From: Leptospiraceae bacterium
GTDB lineage: Bacteria > Spirochaetota > Leptospiria > Leptospirales > Leptonemataceae
Direction: 5' to 3'
Assembly: GCA_040217195.1 (NCBI GenBank)
Contig: JAVJNR010000004.1
Span: 576,001 to 640,000 of the forward strand
Length of the DNA stretch: 64,000 nucleotides
Below the pieces are notes generated by a model that was not told where the DNA came from, searched no databases, and saw nothing but the letters and a program-made list of their open reading frames with translations. Position numbers and translations under genes: made by a program. This document shows positions 17,123 to 26,170 of this stretch, in pieces; the first letter of the stretch is position 1; the number at the start of each line of letters is the position of its first letter.

Positions 17123-19123
17123 ATGGAACCTTTAGCAGGAGCAAATAGCCCTTCTCAGAGCCCGGATCTGATCTCCAGCACTGATTTAAAAAGCCTACTA
17201 CTATCTTTCAGCCCTGGAGCGGAAAGGGAGATCACCCAGGTCGAAAAAGGGGTGCAGAATTTCTTCATGTTCCATCAGTCTCCGCGAGCTCTGGTGAAGC
17301 TTCCGGACCTTAAGATCCTCTCAGAAAATGACCTGAAGAACCTGGAAGCCAGGGAAGTTCTGCGCATTGGACACTATCTGGAATACTCCGATGAAGAACA
17401 AAAGCTTCAGTTGCAGAAAGTTGCCATTCGACCTGCATCGTTAAAGGGAGACCAGGTGGATAAGATCATGCGAGCCTGCGTTCGCACAGGTCTGAGCAGT
17501 GTTATGCGATACATCCGGCACAGAGATTATCGCATACTGGAGCAAGAACGAAGTGGGCAACTTGGCCCTCAGTTGCGCGAGCATTTACTACTCAGCCCCG
17601 AAAGCCTCCAGGATCGCACCGCCTTTGTGCAGCAGCTTGGCCGTCTGGAAAGTGTTTCCTTTGAAAGTCTTCTGGAAGTGGAAACAGAAGCCCCCCGCTC
17701 CTATATAGATGAAATCGTTCGAATTCTTGCAAAACCGCAGGAAGAGCTTCGAGCAGAGCTGGAACTGGAAAAGGAGAAGTTTCAGGAATCCTTTGAGCTC
17801 ATGGACCAGAGGCCGGAAAGGCCGGTACTCTACTCTCTGCGAAGGGACTTTCATCTGGTCTATCCGCCGGGCATGGCCATGGTAGATTTTGGTGAGGACT
17901 CATTCACTGAAAGAGTTACGGAATCAGAGTGGATCCATAGAATTTTCGTAGAAACGGCAGGCAGGATTATTCATTTTCTAATGCCTGATATTGATGTCGA
18001 AAAAGGCGATATGGGGGCCGGATACCTGGCCGAGCTGTCCAGACATCCAAGTTTTACTGCAGGAGAATCCTGGCCCGGTGGCCTGGAATTTCTGGAAGCC
18101 CTGGATCGACTGATTCAGCTTTCGCAGGGACTTCGGACGGTTCGCGCTGAAGTGCTGCTGAGTTTTGTGTACCAGCAAGCTCTAAATATGCTGAATATGA
18201 AGTTCGAACCCATTCACTTTAATCAGGAAAGTTTTCAGCCCAATGAGCAGGTTGCTCAGAAGTTCTCGGACAAGAAAAAGATATACGATGCTGTAATGAG
18301 CCGATTCCGCAAAGATTCTGAGGTTCTGGTCAGTGTGGATCGCAGATCGGATTCTTCCGGTGCCTATTTGCTGTTTCGCTCCAATCTGGCTCGCGCATTT
18401 ATTCGAAATAAGGACCGCCGATCCTTTCTGCATTTAATGGCCAAAGAAGGTGGCATGGGAAGCGGAATATACGATGCGCTCCTGGACATGAACATGCCAG
18501 GTCTGGATACGGAAATATTGAGCGAACAGAGGGAGCTCACAGAGGCCATCAAGAAATGGGAAGATGAGCTGGAAAAAGAACGAAAGAAAAAGGAACGAAA
18601 GGGCCGAGGCTTCTTTGCTCGATTCCTGGACTGGTTGCTTTCCCTTTTTGGCATGATGCCATCTCCGGAGCGACGTCCAGAAAACGGAGGTCCAGCATCT
18701 ATCGAGGAACTGGCCGAAAGTCAGGAAGCGGAAAACGAAGCCAGGAAAAGAAAAAAGCAAAATGGTCGCTCCGGACCGAAAGCACGTACGCATCTGATTC
18801 CGCCCAATGTTTCCAGGGCTGCCTCTTACGTAGAACGGGCAAACCATGGCCTTATATGGCTGGATGATGTAGTAAAGGCCTTAAACTCTGTGAAGTTCGA
18901 CATGAACAATACCGGTGATCTTCTCTATTACGATCAACAGGACCGGTTCGATGAGATTCGACCTTTGATGAAACATCGAAGATTGTTCATTCGCAAAGAG
19001 AACCTGGATAATCCAGAATGGCTATCCAATACAGCCTCCTGGCTGGACAACCTGACCGAGGCCAAAGAAGAACATCGAATTCTGGCTCAGCATTTTCGCC
19101 ATCGATTGAATGACATTGAGTAA
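17123..19123 (+). CDS. Large hypothetical protein (666 aa)
   Basis: Long uninterrupted ORF 3 nt after the phosphoesterase; coiled-coil-like stretches and an amphipathic GFFARFLDWLLSLFG segment; no family recognised. Confidence 0.75.
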   Translation: MEPLAGANSPSQSPDLISSTDLKSLLLSFSPGAEREITQVEKGVQNFFMFHQSPRALVKLPDLKILSENDLKNLEAREVLRIGHYLEYSDEEQKLQLQKVAIRPASLKGDQVDKIMRACVRTGLSSVMRYIRHRDYRILEQERSGQLGPQLREHLLLSPESLQDRTAFVQQLGRLESVSFESLLEVETEAPRSYIDEIVRILAKPQEELRAELELEKEKFQESFELMDQRPERPVLYSLRRDFHLVYPPGMAMVDFGEDSFTERVTESEWIHRIFVETAGRIIHFLMPDIDVEKGDMGAGYLAELSRHPSFTAGESWPGGLEFLEALDRLIQLSQGLRTVRAEVLLSFVYQQALNMLNMKFEPIHFNQESFQPNEQVAQKFSDKKKIYDAVMSRFRKDSEVLVSVDRRSDSSGAYLLFRSNLARAFIRNKDRRSFLHLMAKEGGMGSGIYDALLDMNMPGLDTEILSEQRELTEAIKKWEDELEKERKKKERKGRGFFARFLDWLLSLFGMMPSPERRPENGGPASIEELAESQEAENEARKRKKQNGRSGPKARTHLIPPNVSRAASYVERANHGLIWLDDVVKALNSVKFDMNNTGDLLYYDQQDRFDEIRPLMKHRRLFIRKENLDNPEWLSNTASWLDNLTEAKEEHRILAQHFRHRLNDIE

Positions 19124-19314
19124 ATCGCAACCGGTGAAGAGCCGGCAAATAGGCAGGCCCCTGTCCTGAATTTTCTCCTTTAAGTAACCATGCCCGGTCT
19201 TTCATGAATGAGCCTTACCAGGGTTTCTGCTGCAGCCTTCCTTCTCTACAAGGATAGAATTAGCGGCCCAGGTGCCCCCAGATACAGGACAGAATCAACT
19301 GTAAACAGGGCAGT

Positions 19315-20490
19315 TCAGTCTACCTCAATGTCCGCGATAAAGCCGGCGTCGTTCCATACTTCGCTAATATTTAGCAATTCGTAGCTTTGGCCGCCGTCTT
19401 GCGATATGAGCATAGATCCGTTGTTACCGGATGCGTTGCGGTAGCTGAATAGAATTCTGCTATCTATGCCTGCAAGAGCCGGAATGTTACCTATCTCTGT
19501 GACCTGTTCGCAGCCCGGAGCCGCGAAGGAAGCCGCGGAAGGATTCGAGGATGGGGACTTAAAAGAGTAAATACGACAGAGGTCATCGAATGTATCTACC
19601 ATCCCGATGTGGTAGCGCCCCTGGATGTAATCTGCACCTGCATGACGATCAGCACCCAATGGATGGAATGTATACGATACGGGGTACGAACCTGCGTTTT
19701 GCATATCCCCCGGCAAACCGGTAGAATAATTACTGTAATAATCCCCGTTCTGGTCGGCCATGCCTACCAATCCCTGGGCTCCGGCCACCAGACCGTAATA
19801 CTGATCGTAGAATGAGGAATGGGAAGAGGCAGTAGAAAATGAGTTCAGATTGCGAATCGGAGCCCACTGCAAATGATTCTGGTCTGCCGAAGCGATGTAC
19901 AGATAGCTTTCATTACAATCGATTCCATCGATGGTGATTTCATCCGCACCGGCAGCAGACCATGATTGGAATGTCCGGCCATTGTCATAGCTAACGTATC
20001 CTGGATGCCCATCCTCTTCATCTACAGAGATTGTATCATATGTGAGAATGAGAGCATTTCCGCATCCAAGGATATGGCTAATGTCCTCGGATTCATTATC
20101 ATCCGGTGCTTCGAAAATCTCCCAGTTCTGGCCCCTATCGCGACTGATCCAGAGCTCATCTTCGCTATCCTGGGACAGGACGAAAATAGTACCGTCCAAC
20201 ACTTCAGCCTTCCATGTATTGGCAGGACCGGCTGAGAAAGGTACCCACTCAGTGTTCATGGAATCCGGGCCAGGCTGTGCTTCAATCATTCCCAGACTTT
20301 CTCCCCCTGCATCAGACTCATCCGGGAACAGATAAAATGTCTGGGGACCATTTAATAGAGATAACAATACAGGCAGATCTGCGGTCGCAGAGGGCTTCAA
20401 CTCAAGACACTGAATCAGGGCCAGCGCCGGTAGAACTGTAAAAATGAAAGAGTATTTCCTGGGATTTGACGGGAGATTCCGTTGCTTCAT
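19315..20490 (-). CDS. Asp-box (BNR) repeat beta-propeller lipoprotein, paralog 3
   Basis: WISRDRGQNW, VSYDNGRTF and ISQDGGQSY repeats; leader ending LIQ-C; ATG at 20490 chosen. Confidence 0.8.
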   Translation of the reverse strand: MKQRNLPSNPRKYSFIFTVLPALALIQCLELKPSATADLPVLLSLLNGPQTFYLFPDESDAGGESLGMIEAQPGPDSMNTEWVPFSAGPANTWKAEVLDGTIFVLSQDSEDELWISRDRGQNWEIFEAPDDNESEDISHILGCGNALILTYDTISVDEEDGHPGYVSYDNGRTFQSWSAAGADEITIDGIDCNESYLYIASADQNHLQWAPIRNLNSFSTASSHSSFYDQYYGLVAGAQGLVGMADQNGDYYSNYSTGLPGDMQNAGSYPVSYTFHPLGADRHAGADYIQGRYHIGMVDTFDDLCRIYSFKSPSSNPSAASFAAPGCEQVTEIGNIPALAGIDSRILFSYRNASGNNGSMLISQDGGQSYELLNISEVWNDAGFIADIEVD

Positions 20491-20694
20491 CTCTTCAAGC
20501 AAAGAAGGAACGGCTCATATTTGTAGAATTTTTTATACTTAATTTCAGTGCAATTAAACGTTCTACAAAACTCCGCGGGCAATCTGGATTAAGCTCATTT
20601 CTCCAGCGGGCTATCCAGTGGTCAGCCGACAGCATGGAATTCAATACTACGCTTCAGCGCTGCGAAAGGCATCAAATGAATAGTTTCCAGGATT

Positions 20695-21879
20695 TCAGGG
20701 ATACTGTTCCAGATCAATTATGTAACCACTATCGCTCCAGATGGAGCTCAGGTCGATGAGAGAGAAGCTTGCTCCTTCATCGATTGAGTAAAGCAAGCCG
20801 GTGGATGTGCTGGGTGCACTTGCGTACGATACAAAAATTCCCGAGCTACCGAAGACGATGGCAGGCATGATTCCCAGGTTTGTAACATCGCTGCAATCCC
20901 GGGTGAAGGGGGTAACGCTGGCCGGTGATGTTGCGAGGTTGGTTAAGACATAGATTCTACAGGTCTCGGTACCGGTATCGGGCTCTGTGACAACAACTCG
21001 GTCTGGCCCTAGGTAGTTGGATCGTATAGCTCCGTTACAGCCGAAGTTCATATTTGGCATAATCCCGGATTCATCCACTGACGCTCCACCATCGGAGGAA
21101 TAGTTAAGGGCACACTGGATTGTATTCAAGTCATCCTGAGCCAGGCCCGCAAAGCCAGTGGTGGTAGCCGTCAAGTCTGTATAATCGGAGTAGCTCACTC
21201 CTGCATTGGGCACACCGGTCCATGAAGCAAGATTCTGCAGGAATGCATACTGCACTCTATTGGAAGACTGAGAGGAAGCAACGTAGATTTTTGTATCTGT
21301 GCAATCGATGCCGTGAATAACAATATCGCCGGATCCTGTTGACGCAGGACCTATTCCAACGCGAAACTCCTGCCACGAGGCCCCTCCATCGCGACTGACG
21401 TAGCCGGGCTGACTTCCGGAACCATTGTACGCGATACTGGCCTGGGTAATGATCACCGCACTGCCGCATCCTACTACATAAGAAATGCCTGTAGATTCGT
21501 TACCCGAAGGAAGATCCATAGACTCCCAATTGGCTCCCTGGTCACGAGAAATCCAGAAATCATCCTGACTGGAAGTGTCTGCTGCAAAGATGACTCCGTT
21601 GACTATGGCTGCATCCCGAATCTGAGCCGGCCCTCCGGACCAATCGATCCTTTCTGGAATTCCGCTAGAGGAAATCCGAAAGAGCGTACGTGCCTGATTG
21701 TCTCCTGAAGAATCGTTCAAAAAGGCAAAGGTAGTATTGCTAAGGAAGATAGTAAATAGCGCGGGCAAAAGCCCCTCGGTGCCCTGGGATGCTGGTTCGC
21801 CAAGAATTAAGCAGCGGGATTGGCCAAAACCAAGGGTAACCAGAAAGGTAATAAGGGCTATTCTTCGCAGTAGTTTCAT
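20695..21879 (-). CDS. Asp-box (BNR) repeat beta-propeller exported protein, paralog 2
   Basis: WISRDQGANW, VSRDGGASW, YSSDGGAS and YSIDEGASF repeats; signal peptide followed by Cys. Confidence 0.8.
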   Translation of the reverse strand: MKLLRRIALITFLVTLGFGQSRCLILGEPASQGTEGLLPALFTIFLSNTTFAFLNDSSGDNQARTLFRISSSGIPERIDWSGGPAQIRDAAIVNGVIFAADTSSQDDFWISRDQGANWESMDLPSGNESTGISYVVGCGSAVIITQASIAYNGSGSQPGYVSRDGGASWQEFRVGIGPASTGSGDIVIHGIDCTDTKIYVASSQSSNRVQYAFLQNLASWTGVPNAGVSYSDYTDLTATTTGFAGLAQDDLNTIQCALNYSSDGGASVDESGIMPNMNFGCNGAIRSNYLGPDRVVVTEPDTGTETCRIYVLTNLATSPASVTPFTRDCSDVTNLGIMPAIVFGSSGIFVSYASAPSTSTGLLYSIDEGASFSLIDLSSIWSDSGYIIDLEQYP

Positions 21880-21966
21880 TGCTGATGCACTTCGCCATTA
21901 AAAGTAGTGAATTTCTATTCTGAACTTAGCCTTCATTTAGCGTATATCAGCACAGATGATTCCCGA

Positions 21967-23118
21967 TCACTGAGCATCATCTATGCTAGTTACGATTCCG
22001 TCGCCTGAAAAAACCGAATTAAGATCAATCTTAGTAAGCGTATTGCCCCCGTCCCCAGAAAAAACCGCACCCGTTTCCGTACCGGAAAAGGAAGAGTAGG
22101 ATGCGAATATACCAGAGCTAGACACCAGTAGAGCCGGCATCCTTTGAGGATTTCCGATGTCGGCGCAGGAGATGGCACCTACTGGACTACTGGAGGGACT
22201 CATGGCTCCGTTTCCCAGGTTATAAATTCGGCAAATATCGTTAGTCTGATCCAGTTCCGAAACGTAAAAGCTCCCTGCACCATATTCCACAACTCCTGTG
22301 AACTCCAGCCCCATGTGTGGCATGGCACCGGCCAGAGCCATTCCCTCCCCATTGTTCAGGGAATAGTTCACATCCGGGTTGTAAGGGCAATATCCGGGCG
22401 TAGTGCAGGCCAACCCGATCAGACTATTCCCTGACGTTGCAATCGAGGGATAGCCATTTTGCGACGCAGGATGAGAAGTGGCCACAGTCCAATTGTTTAA
22501 ATCTGCCAGCGAGGCCCATTGAAATACATTGGTCACATTATTTGAAGCAACAAAAATCTTTTCCGAATTACAATCGATGGCCGAAACGTTATAATCACCT
22601 GATCCAGAGGGTGAGGCAGGAGTGGCCCCCAGTCGAAATTCCTGCCAGCTGAGCCCACTGTCATAGCTAATGTACCCGGGCCTGGGGCTTGTTCCGTTAT
22701 AAGCAACGTTACTCTGTGTGATAATCACTGCAGTCCCACAGCCAATTACATTTGTGATATTCTCGGATTCATTATTGCTGGGTGCATCAAACAATTCCCA
22801 GGTAACGGCATCATCCCGGGAAATCCATACATCATCCTGATTGTTGTTTTCCAGAGCAAAGATAACACCATTTACAACGGCGCCCTTCCAGATATTGCCG
22901 GGCCCGCCACTCCAGGATAGCAGCCGCAAGCCGCCTGCAAAGTCCCGTTTAACTATGGCTCTTGACTCAGTAGAAGCACTCTGATCGCTAAAGAAAAAAT
23001 AGGTGGGATTGGAAAGCGCGGAAATCAGTAGAGGGCCATCGGAAAAAGAATCATCCAGAGCAAGACAGCCCGGAGCTACCAGTCCAGTAAGAATTATTGC
23101 TAAAACTCGCCGCTTCAT
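21967..23118 (-). CDS. Asp-box (BNR) repeat beta-propeller lipoprotein, paralog 1
   Basis: WISRDDAVTW, ISYDSGLSW and FSGDGGNTL repeats; lipobox-like VAPG-C. Confidence 0.8.
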   Translation of the reverse strand: MKRRVLAIILTGLVAPGCLALDDSFSDGPLLISALSNPTYFFFSDQSASTESRAIVKRDFAGGLRLLSWSGGPGNIWKGAVVNGVIFALENNNQDDVWISRDDAVTWELFDAPSNNESENITNVIGCGTAVIITQSNVAYNGTSPRPGYISYDSGLSWQEFRLGATPASPSGSGDYNVSAIDCNSEKIFVASNNVTNVFQWASLADLNNWTVATSHPASQNGYPSIATSGNSLIGLACTTPGYCPYNPDVNYSLNNGEGMALAGAMPHMGLEFTGVVEYGAGSFYVSELDQTNDICRIYNLGNGAMSPSSSPVGAISCADIGNPQRMPALLVSSSGIFASYSSFSGTETGAVFSGDGGNTLTKIDLNSVFSGDGIVTSIDDAQ

Positions 23119-23201
23119 GATGTACCCAACAACAAGATATTACCCAACGTTTGCATAAAAATCCCGGCCGGTTTCCGGAATTGGCAGCTCATGGATCCCT
23201 T

Positions 23202-24209
23202 TCAGAATCGGTAATGGTAGCCAAAAATCAGGCTGGTTTCCGGGTTTCTAGCGCCAGCCAATGGGGAATCTGCCGTGCCACCCGGCTGGGGAGAAAAAGC
23301 ACTGGGAGGCAGTCCCAGACCGGTATCCGAGGGCAAACGTCCGGGCCTTTGACCGTACAGTACATCCACAGTGAAACCATTGCCGTCGTCGGACGAATTT
23401 TCCACCACCAGGCCCTCTTCCCAGGCAAATCCGTTAAATACTATATGGGCCAGCTGCACTCCATAGAGAGTCAGTAGAGACATCACTGCATAATTATAGT
23501 CCTTTACTTTCTCTCTGTAGGCATTGGTGAAACGATTACTGGACTCAAGAAAGTAGGCTACTCTGACGTCGGGACTTAAACCTGGATTCTGGGCTGCAAT
23601 GATAGCCAGAGCTATATTGGTATTCACCTGTTCCTGGTTTTCCGCTTTCGCAGAATGCGCTGGACCCCAGGTTCTGCCAAGGTTATACAATGCCAGGCCC
23701 GTAAGAGCCATGTAAGTATAGCCAATGTACGGACGGTCCATCTCCAAATGCCCCCAGCCAGGGAGGACAGCAGATCTCCAGGCAAAATCGAAGTATGAAA
23801 TGGGTTCATCCGGCTTTTCTATGTTACCCTTTTCCACTTGCTGCCGCAGATACTGGGCCCGCTCCGCTCGAGCGATTGCTTGCTCAGATCGAAATTTCTG
23901 ACGGACTCGCTCCAGCTCCGCTTCTTCCTTGCGACGTTTTTCAGCCTCAATACGACGCTGCCTTTCTATGGCCAATCGACGCCGAATTTCCCGAATCTCT
24001 TCTTCGGTTTCAAAGGTGATTCTGGAGATCTGAGTTTTGGAGATGACTCGAGTCTTTCCGTCAATAATGGCTGTAACGGATTTCTCGGTTTGCTGGGTAA
24101 TCGTTCCTACTAGAATCTCCCCATTACGCATATAAATGGCTTCTGCCATTAATGAGCTACTCAGAACGGAAAGAATTATGATAAATGCTAGAAGCCTGCG
24201 CATAGTCAA
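23202..24209 (-). CDS. Exported protein: LA_0442/LA_0875-type N-terminal domain, coiled coil, DUF5683-like helical region
   Basis: Signal peptide; AIYMRNGEILVGTITQQ...ISKTQISRITF; WRSAVLPGWG; ends FGYHYRF. Confidence 0.7.
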   Translation of the reverse strand: MTMRRLLAFIIILSVLSSSLMAEAIYMRNGEILVGTITQQTEKSVTAIIDGKTRVISKTQISRITFETEEEIREIRRRLAIERQRRIEAEKRRKEEAELERVRQKFRSEQAIARAERAQYLRQQVEKGNIEKPDEPISYFDFAWRSAVLPGWGHLEMDRPYIGYTYMALTGLALYNLGRTWGPAHSAKAENQEQVNTNIALAIIAAQNPGLSPDVRVAYFLESSNRFTNAYREKVKDYNYAVMSLLTLYGVQLAHIVFNGFAWEEGLVVENSSDDGNGFTVDVLYGQRPGRLPSDTGLGLPPSAFSPQPGGTADSPLAGARNPETSLIFGYHYRF

Positions 24210-24589
24210 TTATCCAGAATAAAGTCATAGACTTTAATTACTTCGAATTGCCAGTACACAGCGGTATCCACCGCCTGGCATCGAATGGTATCTACAGCAT
24301 TGGCCGCGGGTGGTAGCGGCAGGTAGACTGTGCATTCTTTTTGGGAATTTCCGTCCTGGATCACAATTTTTCCGTGCAAAGTACGCTCGATTGATTTGTT
24401 ATTAGTGGCTTCAATGCGAAACTCTTGAATACCAGGGGCATCCCCTTTCCGTCGCACGATGTTCACTTCTATGGCATTCTCTTTGTCGCTGACCTGAATG
24501 GAACCGGAGTTTCGCGGTGCAGCCAGAAGAAAGGAACTGGACAGAAGAAATAACAGCGCACCCAGACATTTAAGACGTTGGTGCATCAT
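24206..24589 (-). CDS. Small secreted beta-rich hypothetical protein
   Basis: Signal peptide; two Cys in the mature part; 4-bp overlap with the next gene. Confidence 0.65.
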   Translation of the reverse strand: MMHQRLKCLGALLFLLSSSFLLAAPRNSGSIQVSDKENAIEVNIVRRKGDAPGIQEFRIEATNNKSIERTLHGKIVIQDGNSQKECTVYLPLPPAANAVDTIRCQAVDTAVYWQFEVIKVYDFILDN

Positions 24590-24622
24590 GGTATAGTCAG
24601 GTACACCAAAGGAAACAGATTT

Positions 24623-26170
24623 TCAATTCTTTTTTCTTTCCAGCAGCCGGCGCACCGCTTCCTGTTTTTGCTGCGAAAGTCGAAGATACTCGGTTGCTTC
24701 TTGGTGGGCTGGATTGACCAGAAGCACATTCTGGAAACGAGCTATGGCCAGATCATAATTCCTTCTGTTGTATTCCAGCAAGCCATCCTGCATATACTGT
24801 GTTATTCTTGCTGACTCTCTTCCTCGAAGATTTGCTAGCTCGGACCTGGCAATCCCATTCTGGGGCCAGATCCGCAATGCACTAATGTATGATCGAATAG
24901 CTTCAAAAGGTTGCCCGGCATTCGCCAATGCCCGAGCCTGATTGGTTTGAACTTCGCTTTGCAAACGAGAGGCCTCTGCAAGTCCTTTTCTGGCTGCACC
25001 GTAGTCAGGATTTAACCTGAGCACCTGGGCATATTCAGCCCTGGCCAGCAGATACTGACGATTCTTCATATGCCGTTCGGCCCGGACCATATATTTTTTG
25101 GTTTGATCTCCAGTGAGGCGCTCAACAATCAATGATCGATAACTCCTGGCTGCTCGATTCTCACTATCCTTTTTCAGAATGGCCTCAAAGATCTTGCGTG
25201 CAGAGTTAAGCTTATCTTCGCTGTAAAGATCCACGCCCAGTTTCATCAAGCCAGCCAGCCGAGCCCTTTCCTTTATCGCATCTGATAGCTCCAGGCCCTG
25301 AGCCTTCGCAAATTGCTCGTTCAGGGTAAATGTAGTTTGATTCGGTACATTTACCAGCTCCCGGGAACATTCGCTTCGCCCACTGAGGATACGATTCACC
25401 ATCTCTCCGGTTGCTATTCCCAGATTCGTATAATCGGGGCTAATGCCGAAAGTAGCACCAAGCTTCACAAGCGCCGGATAACCGGTCATCAGTGTAATTC
25501 CATTTTCTCGAGCGAATGAAGACAGGATGCGAAAGTTCTCTCGATCATATAATGGATCTGTAACCATATAAATGGCATCTGCTTTATTCTTGATCCTGCT
25601 CAGATTACTTTGAAGCGAATCCGCCGGCCCGATAGAAATTGCTTCCAGTAATAATCCATGCTGCAAATCCAGATACTCCCCGGCCACAGCTGCATCTCTG
25701 CCCTGATCGGTGGAGTAAAATGAGTAAACATAGCGAGCCTCCGGATCCACTTCCTTTAATGTTTTAAAGAAGCGTTCCGGACCTATGTCCATGCTTACTC
25801 CGCAAAGATTTCCTTTTTTCAAGTTTAGCTGCTTGGGAGAGTTCAGCATGGAAAATACAACATTGGTATTGTGTAAGTTCTCCGAGGCCAGCTGAGCTGC
25901 TGCTCTACCAAAGGCTACGTAAACTACCGTACCGGATGCTTCGATATCATTGAAATAGGCGTTCAGATCCGACTCTTCGGCCTGGAGCACTTCCAGATAC
26001 TTTACCCTGGTCTGTCCCTTCACTACAGACTGAAGTCCAGCCAGACCCTCTTCGTAAATGGAAGAGTCGGAGGACAACAACACTTCAATGACCGGCACAG
26101 ACTCCGCATTTGCAGATCCGAGGGAAAGGATTGCGCTAGAGATGAGAATCAGCCCGGATTTATTATGCAT
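24623..26170 (-). CDS. ABC_sub_bind-like periplasmic binding protein fused to C-terminal TPR repeats
   Basis: Signal peptide; VVFSM...CGVS, ADAIYMVTDP, LVKLGATFGISPDY..LG..TGEMVNRILSG and LNEQFAKAQGL motifs; then multiple TPR-like repeats. Confidence 0.8.
   Translation of the reverse strand: MHNKSGLILISSAILSLGSANAESVPVIEVLLSSDSSIYEEGLAGLQSVVKGQTRVKYLEVLQAEESDLNAYFNDIEASGTVVYVAFGRAAAQLASENLHNTNVVFSMLNSPKQLNLKKGNLCGVSMDIGPERFFKTLKEVDPEARYVYSFYSTDQGRDAAVAGEYLDLQHGLLLEAISIGPADSLQSNLSRIKNKADAIYMVTDPLYDRENFRILSSFARENGITLMTGYPALVKLGATFGISPDYTNLGIATGEMVNRILSGRSECSRELVNVPNQTTFTLNEQFAKAQGLELSDAIKERARLAGLMKLGVDLYSEDKLNSARKIFEAILKKDSENRAARSYRSLIVERLTGDQTKKYMVRAERHMKNRQYLLARAEYAQVLRLNPDYGAARKGLAEASRLQSEVQTNQARALANAGQPFEAIRSYISALRIWPQNGIARSELANLRGRESARITQYMQDGLLEYNRRNYDLAIARFQNVLLVNPAHQEATEYLRLSQQKQEAVRRLLERKKN

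Noticed and set aside
19124..23200. Integron-like cassette array (tandem genes with inverted repeats in the spacers)
   Set aside because: No RYYYAAC...GTTRRRY attC boundaries, no integrase, and the genes are paralogs of one family
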